A stretch of DNA of 63,901 nucleotides, the filler included, from Choristocarpus tenellus KU-1152 (taxonomy: Eukaryota > Protista > Phaeophyceae), in assembly GCA_964200185.2 (NCBI GenBank). It is 12 parts of 12 records of this genome, joined end to end, with 100 filler letters (N's around TTAATTAATTAA, not from the genome) between each part and the next. Parts side by side here need not be neighbours in the genome. Positions count along the whole stretch, not along the records: positions 14,656 to 30,474 come from CAXNAD020000923.1; positions 30,575 to 33,818 come from CAXNAD020021309.1; positions 33,919 to 37,817 come from CAXNAD020017259.1; 9 more parts are not named here. One strand, written 5' to 3'. This document shows, one piece after another, positions 25,200 through 37,378 of the stretch (position 1 is its first letter; each line of letters begins with the position of its first letter). Both the position numbers and the translations under genes were made by a program. The notes below the pieces were generated by a model, which ran no database searches, was not told the DNA's origin, and was given only the letters and a program-made list of their open reading frames with translations.

Positions 25200-26700
25200 T
25201 CCTGCAAAATATGGAAAATGATTTGAAGAAGTGACCTGCAAGGAAAGATGCAATAAGACTTTCATTAGAGACCTGGACAGCATGAAGACTCTCAGTTGTG
25301 GGTCGCGCAGGTGAATAGCCCTCTGCGATATGATGATGCAGAGATACGAAGGCCCTGGGCCTCCCATGATAACATCCGCAGCGACGAAGCACACAGCTTA
25401 CAAAATAAACACACAAAACCAGAAATATTTACAGTTTCTGCGGATCCAAGCAACAAAGGGGTCAGTGACGGCAATTGTGGCTTGATATGAGACGAGGGCA
25501 ACCCAAACGGCAGGGGATTATCATGGTTGGGATTGGAACAAGTCTGTGGAGACCTCATGGATGGATCGTGGAAAGAGGGAGATCTGGCAGCGATTCATTC
25601 AACATGCTATCTTGTCTATCTGTTGGGCTGTCCTCTGCCTCATCAGGTTGTAGGTAATCGAAGCTCCTGACTGAGATGTGCTGCTTAGCATAGGTTAGGT
25701 ATATTTGAGGCAATCCGAAGTACTTCATAACAATGGTTTGTTGTTACTACTCTAATAGTAGTGTGTCTCAAGGCTCTGGCACTGCACCTTATGAGAATCA
25801 AGTACATCTACAGCAGCGTCACCATCTCCGTCACCAACACAGAGGTAGGAACTCTGAAAAGAGTGACCAGACATTCCTTGCCAGGACTCATTAATCAGTT
25901 TGATGAGGTTAAGCTTCTTGCTATGATGTGAGCATTTGAGCGCCAGGACTTTCCATCATTCAAGGAAGACGTTATTGACTTACGGCGAAGAGAACCTTCA
26001 AGAATATGCTGATCACTACACTGCTGGGCACTCAGGGATCTCCCACCATTTGTCAACAGATAAGTTCTTCCTGTTGAGTGGGATGAGGCGAAGTATGTAA
26101 TGCAGGATATACTGCTAAGGGGTGATGTTCGAAAGCTTTTGCTCAGCACTAGAAATGTGCCAGCACAATGCTTGAGTCTGGGTACGGGTAGAGAAGGTGT
26201 GGGAGGAGAACCGGAAAGAGCTTGATGACACAGGGGGAAAGGTCATCCACAAGAAGAGAAGGAATGTAAGTGCAAGAGTGAGGCGTTATCAAAATGTTTG
26301 TGACTTGTTGACGTCCAATTCGGGATGAAGAGCCAAAGTCGAAAGTGTTGCACATGGTGGTTAAGGTGAACATCACCACACTGCATGCTTATTCTGTGGA
26401 ATGTGACGGATATTTCTTGCATGATCAGGATAAAAGTCCAAGGCTGGAAACACCTCTATGTCCACACAATAGATTCTTCACGCGGACACCTCTTGCCAAA
26501 CAGCTTGAGGGGTTGATCTTCAGCGCATTGAAGCCTCGAAAATCCACCTACTCACTCGAGGTTTGTACAAATATGGCAGGGTCACAACAAACGAAGATTG
26601 ATCCAACACTTTAAGACAGTATGATAATATATATCTTGTCTTTCCCTGCATGGTGATCCATGTGGAAAATGCAAAGTGTGAATGGGCATGCAAAGAGTAT
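25200..26700 (+). mobile_element. Second decayed Ty1/copia relic (integrase then RT)
   Basis: Integrase C-terminal-like WVAQVNS...KPEIF...PKRQGIIMVG (25296-25530), then RT-like GGKVIHKKRRNVSARVRRYQ (~26235), GSQQTKIDPTL (~26580) and MVIHVEN (YVDD-like, ~26650). The integrase-before-RT order is that of copia. Confidence 0.6.
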
Positions 26701-27579
26701 ATATTATTATTATGCCCTCTCAAATTTTGTAGATGTGTCAAACAAACTATTCATATGTTAGAACCCCCCCCAAAAAGTAACAGTTGTCATAAATGTGAAA
26801 GATACTAATCGATTTACTATTTACCATCAGGTATGGTGCACCACACTGTCTTCGTGTATCTCCAACCTAGGTTACTCCTCTACTCGAAGTTGAGGAGGTA
26901 AGGGGAAGGATCTCAAGAATCATTGGATTATATCGACATATCAATTGTCTTGTCATACCCTCATTAATCTTGTAGGAATGGTTATTTTCTCTCAATACTC
27001 CAAGGCCGTCGATGATTGGGCACATCATAATATTCTCCACTCTTGATCTCCATCTACACCATTTTCACAGTATACTAACAGTAATAATATTTACAGTAGT
27101 AGCATTCTTAGTGTTTTTCCGAAAGATAATATTGTAACAGTACCTCTTCACGTGATGGTTTAAAACTAGTATTGTTTGTGTATAATAAATAGTCCAAAGA
27201 GAAAAGTACAAATAATATTAACGATATAAATATAAATATATATATTTTATGGTATACATATATTTGTTATAATGAATCCATTCAATCACTATTGTTGTAA
27301 GAATCATAACATTCGAAAAATAATAAAAATACCACATTCTACCTTCCAGGTCGTAGAATTGAAAGGATAAGTTGTATGTTTCGCCGCTGGTTGACTGAAA
27401 ACTTCTTTGTGATTCAGCCTCTTACTTAATACATTATACAAGGATAAAGGGGTCAAAGGGTCGCAGAGTTACCCAGGGACGAGGAAGTGTGAGAGATGTG
27501 TTAGATTGGGAAATTTGGCAGACTGAGGGGTTTGCTTTACATGTGAATACAGGTAGGCGAGAGGCCTCCAACAGTACAT

Positions 27580-30072
27580 ATGGGTGGAACTATCGCTAAA
27601 CCCTACCCATTCACTGAGAACGAGAGGGTGTTTTTCCTGGATGACGAAGGTCAATGGAAAGTGGCAAGGGTTGTTGACGTGCAGTCGGACAACAAGTCCG
27701 TGGTATCGTCCCCAACTCGAACAGGAGAACTATCAAACTCAGGGGCAGGCTCAGAATATGGACAAGTGGGAGCTCAGGAGGAAGAACAGATAATGGAATT
27801 GATGGGTCATTCATCATGTGGGCTAGGGATTCCTCGCTTTCTTCGTCAAAATTCTGCCCCCCCCCTGCCACACTCCCTCACTGTCGAGATCGTTGATTAT
27901 GAAAGGGAGTGTAGAGGGGATGGGGTGGAGGCGATGGAAAAACCAGGAGGAACGAAAAGCAACATTAATCCTCCTTTAACAGATGAGGGCCGTCCAGGCT
28001 ATGTGGAAGACTCAAGTGTGCCTAGGGATTGTACCACCGTTAGTGTCCGTCACAATGACCATCTTAATGTTGACGACACGGTCAAAGTCCCAGTGGCTAT
28101 CCCCGAGCTCCGTGTTATATCGCTCGAGCATGATATACACCGTATAACACGTCGGGGAAGGAGCATCGAGCGAAGGAGTGTGCCCCCCCGAGCTGCCTCT
28201 ATGTGGTGGATTCGGCGGCACAGGGGCAGGAATGGGTCTAATCCCCCGCGCATCGGGTTTGCTCCCTCTCCAAGCCCCGTCTCAACAGCTTCCCATCGAG
28301 GGTTCAATGCGCTGGGAGAAAGTGCAGGCAATAGTGCTGGGGAGGAACATACACCCACAGTAGTGCAAGGGGCGATTCCACCAAGCACGCACACTCCCAT
28401 TTCGTTGAATCCCGACGTCGCGCCTGTGGAAGAAACTCAGTTAGAGGTCCTGCAGCTCTCTCTACTAGAGGGGAAAGAACGACTGGTCGTGCTTCCACCT
28501 TTACCAGTTCCCGTTGAAAGCATGCCCGATGTCGACCTTTCCATGTCAGGGGCTACCACAGAAATGACTGGAGATGACACGAGAAAGGTACCAAATAATG
28601 GGGTCTTGGGGACGCAAACGAAGGAAGTTGCGCAAGAGGGCAAGAAGAATTCAGACCACCATCAATTGATTGGTGAGGGAGATAGAGTACGCGAGGTGGC
28701 TAAGGCTGATGGAGTTTCGAAAGAACAGTCCGTGGTGCGAGGAGATGAATCGGGAACAGTGGATCTGGTGAGCTATTGAGGGGAGGACAGAGCTGGGGAG
28801 GTGGAGGATCCTCGTTGATACCCTGTTGAGTTTCTCTGGTCAAATATAATTTTTGTCCATGGTGTTTCAAGTCTTACATCTTAATGGCGGGTTAAAGTGG
28901 TTACCTTGTTTTCTTGTGGCTTGTGACCTTGACCCGTTTTATAGTACACACTTGTTGCCTCACTCCCTCTTTTCCTCATAACTATTTTACCCTTGGCAAA
29001 GTTCATGATGCTGCTCTATATGAAGCATGCCTCAAGTCTTCTTGCTATTGACATAATATGCACAGAATTGCTAGTAACATCTTATGAAAGATGTGTTCTA
29101 AGCTGTGTGGCATATTTCTGGGATATGCATGCACATCCCATCACCCTCGCAAATCCATGACCTGTGTCACCATGGCATAGGCCTCTACCCATTGCCAAAG
29201 AGATGAAAATTTCATCTGAGGACCATCTCTAATTATCTTTTTGCCTGAGGTATTTACTACCCTCTTGTTGAATTAAAGCATCACGACTGTTCAGAATTAA
29301 TTACTCTCTCTTCCTCACGCACATCCAGCAATGACTGTATATAATAATCTTGGAAATTCAAAAAATTTGACAGCTCCCTTAGCCATATGTCACCAATAAC
29401 ACTTTCTCAATGTTTAAAAAAACACTCATCATCCAATCGTTCTCAATACACCGTTCCATTTCCACCTTCCCACTTCCTGCCCTGCCCTTCCACCCCCTTC
29501 GTATTTTCTTAATTTTTTTTTCTTAATCCTGAAAAAAGTTGGAGGGAAGGCAACATGTGAGGGCATTGCTTCCCAATTCCCCAGAATCCAGGCGTGACCA
29601 ATGGAGCAGTGGGAAGGCTCCCAGGAGTGAAAAGGCAGCAGAGAGGGTTCAAGGAGTCTCTGTTGAAAAGGCCGTGAACAAGAGTGGATATGGTAGGGTA
29701 TTGAGGGAAGGGGAAGTGAGAGGTGATGAGGGTAGCTTCCTGAACATCACAGGAGGAGTTGGAGAGAGTGGTGTAACACATACCCCACAACGCACACAAC
29801 GGCATCTCTCAGGTCCCCCTGCAGCTCGGAAATCAAGGAGCCTAAGCAGGGCTGTGAAGGAGGAGGGGGGAAGCCGGCGAGAAGCTTCAATGGTGAGGGT
29901 GTCAAGGGGTGAGGCAGGGGCTGGGGCAGGAACATGTGCTGGGATGCGGAGGGGTGAAGGAGAGGGAACAGGAGGAAGAAAGGATGGGAGACAGCGAAGG
30001 CTCTGGGATGGAGTCAGCCCGCTTCAAACCCATGACTGCATTGATTGTTTGGATTACTTTATTAGTAACCAG
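27580..30072 (+). CDS. Hypothetical protein, 5' part; possible N-myristoylation site and Tudor/SH3-like motifs
   Basis: Exon 27580-28767 (396 codons, donor gtgagc) and exon 29539-30072 (upstream pyrimidine tract, donor gtcagt), both phase 0. Starts MGGTIAK and contains FTENERVFFLDDEGQWKVARVVDV and LQTHDCIDCLDYF. Confidence 0.75.
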
Positions 30073-32913
30073 GTCAGTCGAACTACAGAGTTTGCGTTTA
30101 TCTTTGGTAGAAGACTGTTGCCGTGTGGTTTTCATGTCTTCTCTTGGCATTGTGAACTCAATTTTTTTCCCTACTGTATTTGGTCACAGATGTATGTGTG
30201 TGGGAAGGTTGTGCTAGGTAGGTGCATGTGTGTAGTATATGCCCAGCTTTTAAGGTGTGTGTGAACATTGGCCCAATAAGCATTATACTGTTTGGTGCTG
30301 ACATTGTGAGAGTAAAATGGAGGAGGAAATGGATGAAGTCTGAAGGGGTGAGATGGGAAAAGTACCAAGCACATGTGGGAACAGATATACTATTGGGGGG
30401 GGGGAGATTTTGTGGGAGAGAGCTACCCTTCCAGGGAATGGGCAGGGAAGAGAGGGAGAATGATGCTTTTGATCNNNNNNNNNNNNNNNNNNNNNNNNNN
30501 NNNNNNNNNNNNNNNNNNTTAATTAATTAANNNNNNNNNNNNNNNNNNNNNNNNNNNNNNNNNNNNNNNNNNNNGGGGGGGGGGGGGGGGGGGGGCAGGA
30601 TAGGGTCACAGAGGTCCTCTATATAAGAACACGTGGACAGATGTTTAGATTTTGATAGGGTTAGGGGGTGAGGAAGCTACTTTCCCGTAAATGTTGAAGG
30701 CATTTATAGTTTTAGTGTGTGATGGAGTTGAGAGTAGAAAGTGATAAAAAAAAAAAACATTTTTAGCGCTCACTGTGAATTACGGTGTGCACATACATGT
30801 GCGGGATGCATGAAGGGGCGCGCTCGTGTCCCAAGAATTGGAAGGCGGTTAGTACCAACACGGGGATTTGGTGTGCAAGACCAAGTGGCCCGTGTTATGT
30901 TGAAGTCTGTGGAGGTTGTGTGTGTTGATTCCTTGGTATGGGGTAGGAATATGGCTGAGGTCTGCTTTTTAAAAGGGGACTATTCTTCCCTGACACCTGT
31001 CTTAACAAGTGCCTCGGGTGTGAAGGGAGAGGTTCGTGATAAGGAGCCACAGTGCCCAAAATCCCAAACAGTTTCAACAGTTTTTTTGCAACAAATTGTT
31101 GGTTTTGTAAATGTTGGTGGATAGCGGTGGTAAGCGCAACCTACCTACCACAAAGCGACCTTGTGTGAAAGGCATCAATCCCCCCCCCCCCCCAGAGCAC
31201 ATCTGGATCAAGAACTTCATGCCTGATGCGTTCATTAAATGACATGGCAGGGGGATGGGTTCCGCAAGATGTGTCCAGCAGTGGCCAGGTGTATCTTGGT
31301 ATTTTCTTTCATGGGTGTAAGTTGTGAACCTCTGACCAAAACTTTATCGCCCTCCCCTCCCACATCGGAGTTTATTTGTTGTCTTTTTTTTTTTAGCCCA
31401 AGAATCTAGGGGAGCTTATGTGTGTGTTAGCTTGTCTCCAAGGCCTTATCTTGTCTCGGATGTTACATTAGGTGCAGATTTGTTGGGCAACTTTTCCACC
31501 TATCAATCAGTTGGAGGAGGGGTCACCTCACTATCCTGGGTATACCAATTTGATCTACATTTTGGACCTGAGATCAGTGGAAGTCATGTGGGAGGTGTGC
31601 AGAGCAAAGGAGTTGCTAGCAGATGCCTGATCAAGGATGGTTTTGCCAGGGAAAGGTACTTGCATAGTGGGAGAGAGGGGTGTGGAGATGCTAAAATGGG
31701 GGTAATCGCTTGTTTGAAGGGACTATTTGTTTTGTTTGAAGGGACTGTCGCCCGATGCTACGTAGTCAGTGCGTATTGAAGGGACTATTTGTGAGAAATT
31801 GTTTGTCAGACAGGTATTTATTGAATGTTGTCTCCAACCACAGTGTGTGCTATTTGCTGAGTACTGGAGGGTATGTCTCCTGGTGTTCTCGACCTCACAC
31901 GATGTTTCGCATAGTAGGGTGTATGGATGTTCCAAGGAGAAAGCACCAGTATGTACAGACAGGTAGAAGGCTGAATGAGGGGACTTAGAGTCCCGCTGCC
32001 AACAAGAAGGGGCACAAGAAACACGGTAATGTATCCTGAAGAGAAACAAGGAATCCGTTAGTAACATGTTGAGGACGCCCTGGCACTAGATTGAGATTGG
32101 GATTGTTTGTAGAATTTGTCCCAGATCCGACTACACATACTTGCGATTCATTATTCAGACAACAGTTCACATTTAATGTGAGCTCAAAAGGTCCATACAA
32201 TGTTTAGACCAGTATGGAGTAGAAATAAGCAGAAATAGTATTTATCACGCTATAAGTGTGCTGCAATCCGTGAAAGGAGTTTTTCATGCGTCTGATGCTC
32301 GACACTTCAGTCCCCCAGTTTCTCATTTTACATTTCCTCTTCTGCTGCATTTCTTTGTTCAATTCATACCTCCCTCTGCTCTACAACCTCTGACCACGGG
32401 TCTGAGAAGATAGAGCAAATGTTTGAAGTATTGGTAACAGAGAGAGAGAGAGCCTTTTTTTTACTCTAGATTGGTCTTTACACTGCACTTTAAATGATCC
32501 GAAAGAGTTCTGCACCTCAAGGAAGACAAGCTGCTGCAGTAGTTCAACTCAAAGGTGAATTTGCTTATGTTCCCTCCTCCAAGTTTCTCTTGTTGATATA
32601 AGCTCGACCTAAGTTAGTAATTGGGTTGCACATTTTAGAACCCTCAGCCAATATATCAAATGTCTATCCTAATACAGCATCTCTATATTTACTAGTGTGC
32701 ATATAATTCCCACACTCCACAGTGTGGTATGGGTAGGATCATTTACTGTATCTCCTTAAAAAAAAAATTGGTGCCTTGCTTCTCTCCCATTAACTCTATG
32801 CAGACCTTACAAATATTTAGCTGTGAACTAGGAGTATACTAGGCCGGTCAGAATCTGATGTTCTAAACTAGATCACACAGCGGCACCATCTCCAACAAAT
32901 AAATGAAATGAAA

Positions 32914-33160
32914 TCATCGAGAAAGCCCCCCCCGTGCGCCTGAGGAAGGAGCATGATCGATCTTAGCACTTGACATTGCGTCCACAAAATCATCCAACTT
33001 TGATGCTTTGCCCTCTGCTTTACGTGAGAGTTCCTCTGTTTCCTGAGATAGGTTGGGGTGTGGGGATTGTGAGATATTTGTGAAAGGCCAGGCTGTCTCT
33101 ACTTGGTGACCTTGAACCGAGTCCATGTTCGCATGGTTTTTCAGAGGGGGAGCAGCAGCT
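32914..33160 (-). CDS. Possible terminal exon of an unidentified gene
   Basis: Open frame with natural-looking composition (...EELSRKAEGKASKLDDFVDAMSSAKID...stop) followed by AT-rich sequence. The acceptor was not pinned down. Confidence 0.3.
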
Positions 33161-34475
33161 ACTCAGTCTGTGTTGTCATCTGTGTTTGATAACCTTCGCT
33201 TGTCATTTCATCCAGTTGTGTGGAACAACAAAGTGTGCAAGGTAGTAGCCACCACTACGCACACACCCTTGAGTTCCTCTTCCAATATTTTGTGTGTTTG
33301 GCTTGAGTCATACCCTATGTTCAGCATTGGTTCAAACAGTTTGGGCAGACGAAATAAATACTGCATTAGGAAGACGCTCCTTGCAGGTTTGCAATGGAGG
33401 GCACGCAATAGGTAGAACTACAGCCAGTTTCACCGAGGCCTTACAGCAACCTCATACCTAATAATACCATACATAATGGGTTTTTTGTTCAATACCCCCA
33501 CAGAAAAATGATGAATCACTGATACCATCTTATGCATTTGACTCATAGTATCCTGGAGGGGGGTTCAGGGTTCCATTCAGGACCTGTGTGACCCTGAAGT
33601 GATTTCGTGTCATAGGAGCAAAGGCGTCAGATGTAAGAGCAATTTCTTTGATCTGAATGCACCTTCTTTTGCCATCCCCCCTGCATAGACCAAACCCGAA
33701 GGAAAGCAACCCCCCAACGGGCATCAAAATGGGATGTCTTACAAAACCTCATCAAGCCCCGAATAGGCAACTTGGTCTAAACACCCCCCCCCCCTAGAAC
33801 CTTTGACCCACATGGCTGNNNNNNNNNNNNNNNNNNNNNNNNNNNNNNNNNNNNNNNNNNNNTTAATTAATTAANNNNNNNNNNNNNNNNNNNNNNNNNN
33901 NNNNNNNNNNNNNNNNNNCCCCCCCCGGACCCTGCCGCTGGTGCCCTGCGTCCAGGTAAGGGGGGGGGGGGGAGCCTGCTTCCCTTCAACCGAGTTACAT
34001 TAAAAAAAAAAAGAGTAATTGAAATCGATGATCACAATAACTTCTTTTTTACTGTCCGTTTGCGGCACCACTGAACACGAAGTACTTCTCGAGTAGCGCT
34101 TTTAAAAACTTAAGCACTGTATATGTTCAGCGTGAGTACAGAACTCGGTGACCAAATACTTGCAATCAACACCACTGGCGGAATCCTTCTGAGTTACAAC
34201 CTGGTCGAGAGAATTACACAGGATCAGGATCCATCCCACTCTCCTACAACTGACACGTCTTCGAAGAACATATTGTTGAGTCTACTGTAAGACCCCAACG
34301 GTAGAGGTCAACTGTTCTCCTTCCTGTGGACCTCTGACACCATGTGGAGTCCACAACCCAAATACCTGGAGGGTAAAAGTCTCTTGTCTCAAAATTCTCG
34401 ATAGTCAAATCAACTTTGGAAATAAACTTTCCAGCTCAAATTTGACAAGGAGCACAGTTATATTAATCAGTTTAC

Positions 34476-35961
34476 CTCCCCTCCCTGAATAAGTCCAGCA
34501 CCCTTAGGCTTCTTCTTGATGTGCAATTTACCTTGCACCATCACCATCAAGTCCTTCACCGATTTGTTGCGGTCTATCACAACAACCTGTCATTGTCATT
34601 CCGGGGGAAGAGTTCCGAGCAGGGGGGGGGGGGAGGAGGAAACGAAACACTTGAAATGAGTTTCTTAGACCTTCGGATCGACGTTCAATGAATACAGTGC
34701 TACCAGGTGTTCCACGGCAGAACAGGATGGACAGGGGAGTTAGAAATATTAAACGAAAATGAGAGGAAAGTATGGGACACCATGGGGGTAGGAGTGCACC
34801 GGAACATCAGTAAAGTTGACGATAGAGTAAGAAGAACAGGAACAGATTAGTAAATGAAGGGAATGATCTACCTCAATTATCTCTCCGAATCAGCCAACCA
34901 TGTAAGCTAACGAGCCAGGAGAGGCTGCAGTTTCTTAAAGCTTGCCACATATTTACTCCTGTAAGGAAGCTCTCAGTTGCTTGGTGGTCTACAAGCGCAC
35001 TTCTATCAGCCTCATTTTATGTCTACCCGGTAACTGCCCTTACTTCCTTTCGAGTTCGATTCACTTTGTCCAGGTTGCGGGGGACTTTCGAAGTCTGCCT
35101 CCCAGTACTGCCTAGTTCATGGAGGTTGACAACTGCTCTAACCTTTTTGTTGTTGACGTCGGGTCTTCCATCCTTCTTCTTCTCGGCACAGACCTCCAGT
35201 CGCACCTTCTCCTTCATTTTTTCCTGACGCTCAGGTCGTTGGTATTGTTTTTCCCCGTGCTCCACTACCGTTGAAGGCATACTACTGGACTGGTGAGCTT
35301 GTGATTTCTTGGAGGTCCTGCGATCCTCTGTGATCATTGCTGTGAGAAGTTTGTCTCGTTCCTTCTTCTTCTGAGACATGCCCCTGTCATGCTCATCGCC
35401 CTTTCCTCCGAAACTTCCCCTTTCCCTCTCCACATCCTCTCGCTTTCCGTCGGCCCTGCCCCTACCTGTTTTACTAGTCTTGGTACCTGCGACTACCAGT
35501 TGACTATCGTTCACCACGGTGCTCGATATCATGTTGGCCATCACACCGAACGTTCCGTCATACTCGAAGCCCCCATCGCCTTCTATTCTACCATCCTTCG
35601 TACCTCCGCTTCCAAGGGTATCGTCCTCGCTCTTGTCAACCTCCTCAACATCGTCTACCGAATCTTCTTCATCCAAGTCATCGTCCTCATCCTCATCCTC
35701 GAGCTCGTGGTCTTCATCCTCCTCTCCATCACTTGCGCCCTCAATGTGAAGCTTGTGAAGGATGTCGAGGATTGCATCCCTCCCCTCCTTGTCCAAATCG
35801 AGCTTCACTGGCTTCAACGCCCCCCGTGCAGCTCGTTCTTCCGCACCACCCCTTCCACTCCCTTCTGTTCCCTTGCCCCATGCCTTGACCTTAGTCTTGA
35901 CTTTCTTCTGGTTAACCAAACCAGGCTTTACCTTTTTGCTGGACTTGTCTTTCCTTACCAT
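34476..35961 (-). CDS. Lys-rich/acidic protein, 5' exons; possibly the N-terminus of a DHX57/DHX29-like DEAH helicase
   Basis: Exon 35961-35044 (ATG, 306 codons, donor gtaagg) and exon 34586-34476 (VVVIDRNKSVKDLMVMVQGKLHIKKKPK, phase 0). LDLDKEGRDAILDILHKL loosely recalls the DHX57 N-terminal helix. No helicase motif is in view, so the product call is weak. Confidence 0.7.
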
Positions 35962-36199
35962 CTTTATCCAGTTATGAGAAATTGGAGTAGGGTTATGAGA
36001 TTTGATACTATATGATCATGAAGTAGACATGGTGTGCGAGATGTAGGATGCTTGAATCGTTAGGTGTATATATAATGGATAGACATGTAGACATATATGA
36101 TGGAATATATATTATATTAATGATAGTAATACTACTACTACCATTCTTTGTAGTTCGATACATAAATTTGGTGTGATACACACTCAACTATGAAATATT

Positions 36200-36427
36200 G
36201 TTGGGATGGTTCCGTAGGTCCTCACCGTGGGGTGCACGACTCTAAGGTAGGTGGGAGTCACAGGAAGGTAGTGGGGTAGCATAGGTAGTAGTAAAATAGA
36301 AAATTGATAGTCTTTCGCATTCATGACAACTTGTTACTTTTTAGGGGTTTTTCTGACATGTGAATAGTTTTCTTTGGTTTTTTCCCTCACATATATGTAT
36401 ACAAAATGTCCGAAAACATAATAAAAA
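36200..36427 (+). mobile_element. Older, diverged 3' UTR copy of the RLE-type non-LTR element
   Basis: Aligns by eye to the reverse complement of 37379-37630 (tgggatg...aggtaggtgggagtcacaggaag...ctgacatgtgaatagtttt...aaaatgtccgaaaacataataaaaa). Confidence 0.6.
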
Positions 36428-36537
36428 CAGACCTCGAAATGTTGAACCCATTTATTCTTGTAACTTTAGTTCTAAGTCGTATATACAAAATATAGGAGGT
36501 GTGAATAGATCATTTAATTTCGATTGTTCAAGGAACA

Positions 36538-36581
36538 TTTTTCCTCTGACACATCTATAAAATGTCAGAAGATATAATAAT
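36538..36581 (+). mobile_element. Isolated 3'-terminal hairpin and tail of the RLE-type element
   Basis: cctctgacacatctataaaatgtcagaagatataataat is nearly identical to 36928-36974. Confidence 0.7.
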
Positions 36582-36587
36582 GAAATA

Positions 36588-36974
36588 GTGTACAAGGACT
36601 CTTTTGAACCTCGTAGTTATCACCTCAACACCTTCACAGTGGAAAGTTTTGGGCCGCTCGGTAAGCAAGCAGACAGTTTTCTGGATGAGTTGGCCACGTA
36701 CACGGTAGGGGGGAGAGGGGCAGGAGGCTTCAGCAGGAAAGGGGTTGTCAAATCCCGTCTACGACAGATAGTCTCAGTCATAACACAAGTAGCTCTATCT
36801 AGACGTGCCATCCGTTTTAAGCTGGAGACACAAGGGAGGCAGGAAAGGAGGGGCTTGTTAGATTCTTGGGATACTTCCCAAGTTCCTCACCCTGGGGAGC
36901 AGGACTAAGTGTTTTTCATTGGTTTTTCCCCTGACACATCTGTAAAATGTCAGAGGGCATGATAAAGTAATAAT
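36588..36974 (+). mobile_element. 5'-truncated RLE-type (CRE-like) non-LTR retrotransposon: end of the endonuclease ORF, 3' hairpin and AAT-rich tail
   Basis: Translation LNTFTVESFGPLGKQADSFLDELA...RLRQIVSVITQVALSRR resembles the C-terminus of restriction-like endonuclease retroelements. Paralogues lie at 58254-58454 and 37379-37678. Confidence 0.78.
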
Positions 36975-36983
36975 TGATTGAGG

Positions 36984-37278
36984 TGTGGAATCTTTCAAGA
37001 GATCAATCTCATAAGTTGTGGAGATCTCTTCAATCTGAGAGGTTACACAACAAAGATTCTCCTTGTTGTCACATCTTGACGTTGTGATGATCCCCCTCTG
37101 TAAGATTCTCATCACTCCACAATCTCTTCCAAGTCCTTGCAGTCTTGCACTTGTTTAACCTTAACCTCATCCTCTCGGTTACGGTTCGCCTTGGTTCGTC
37201 TGGTCCATTTTGCCCAGTAATTCTCTTCACCACCATTGCCTGAGTGAACGACGCTGCCACAGCATCACACGATTCACA
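36984..37278 (+). mobile_element. LTR (~295 bp) of an LTR retrotransposon
   Basis: TG...CA ends with short inverted termini (tgtggaatc...gattcaca), followed 1 nt later by TGGCGACACC (PBS). Homologous to the reverse complement of 58602-58914. Confidence 0.75.
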
Positions 37279-37279
37279 T

Positions 37280-37329
37280 TGGCGACACCGGTGAGATTCG
37301 AACTCACGCGTGCGAAGCACACAAACTTA
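37280..37329 (-). pseudogene. 3' half of tRNA-Ser with encoded CCA (over-long primer-binding site or tRNA retrocopy)
   Basis: The minus strand reads taa-gtttg-tgtgcttcgcacgc-gtgag ttcgaat ctcac-cggtgtc-g-cca: anticodon-stem 3' strand, long variable arm, perfect T-arm, acceptor strand, G discriminator and CCA. There is no D-arm or 5' half. Confidence 0.85.
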
Positions 37330-37378
37330 TTGCAAGTGAAGAGACCAGAACAATTCCTCGTAATTTAGTAGATTGTGT

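Noticed and set aside
35389-36015. 208-aa hydrophobic + strand ORF and the Ser-rich ORF 35519-35749
   Set aside because: These are antisense shadows of the Asp/Glu/Lys-rich exon on the minus strand.
37280-37360. Intact tRNA-Ser gene
   Set aside because: No D-arm, A-box or 5' acceptor strand is visible upstream on the minus strand. Only the 3' half plus CCA is present.
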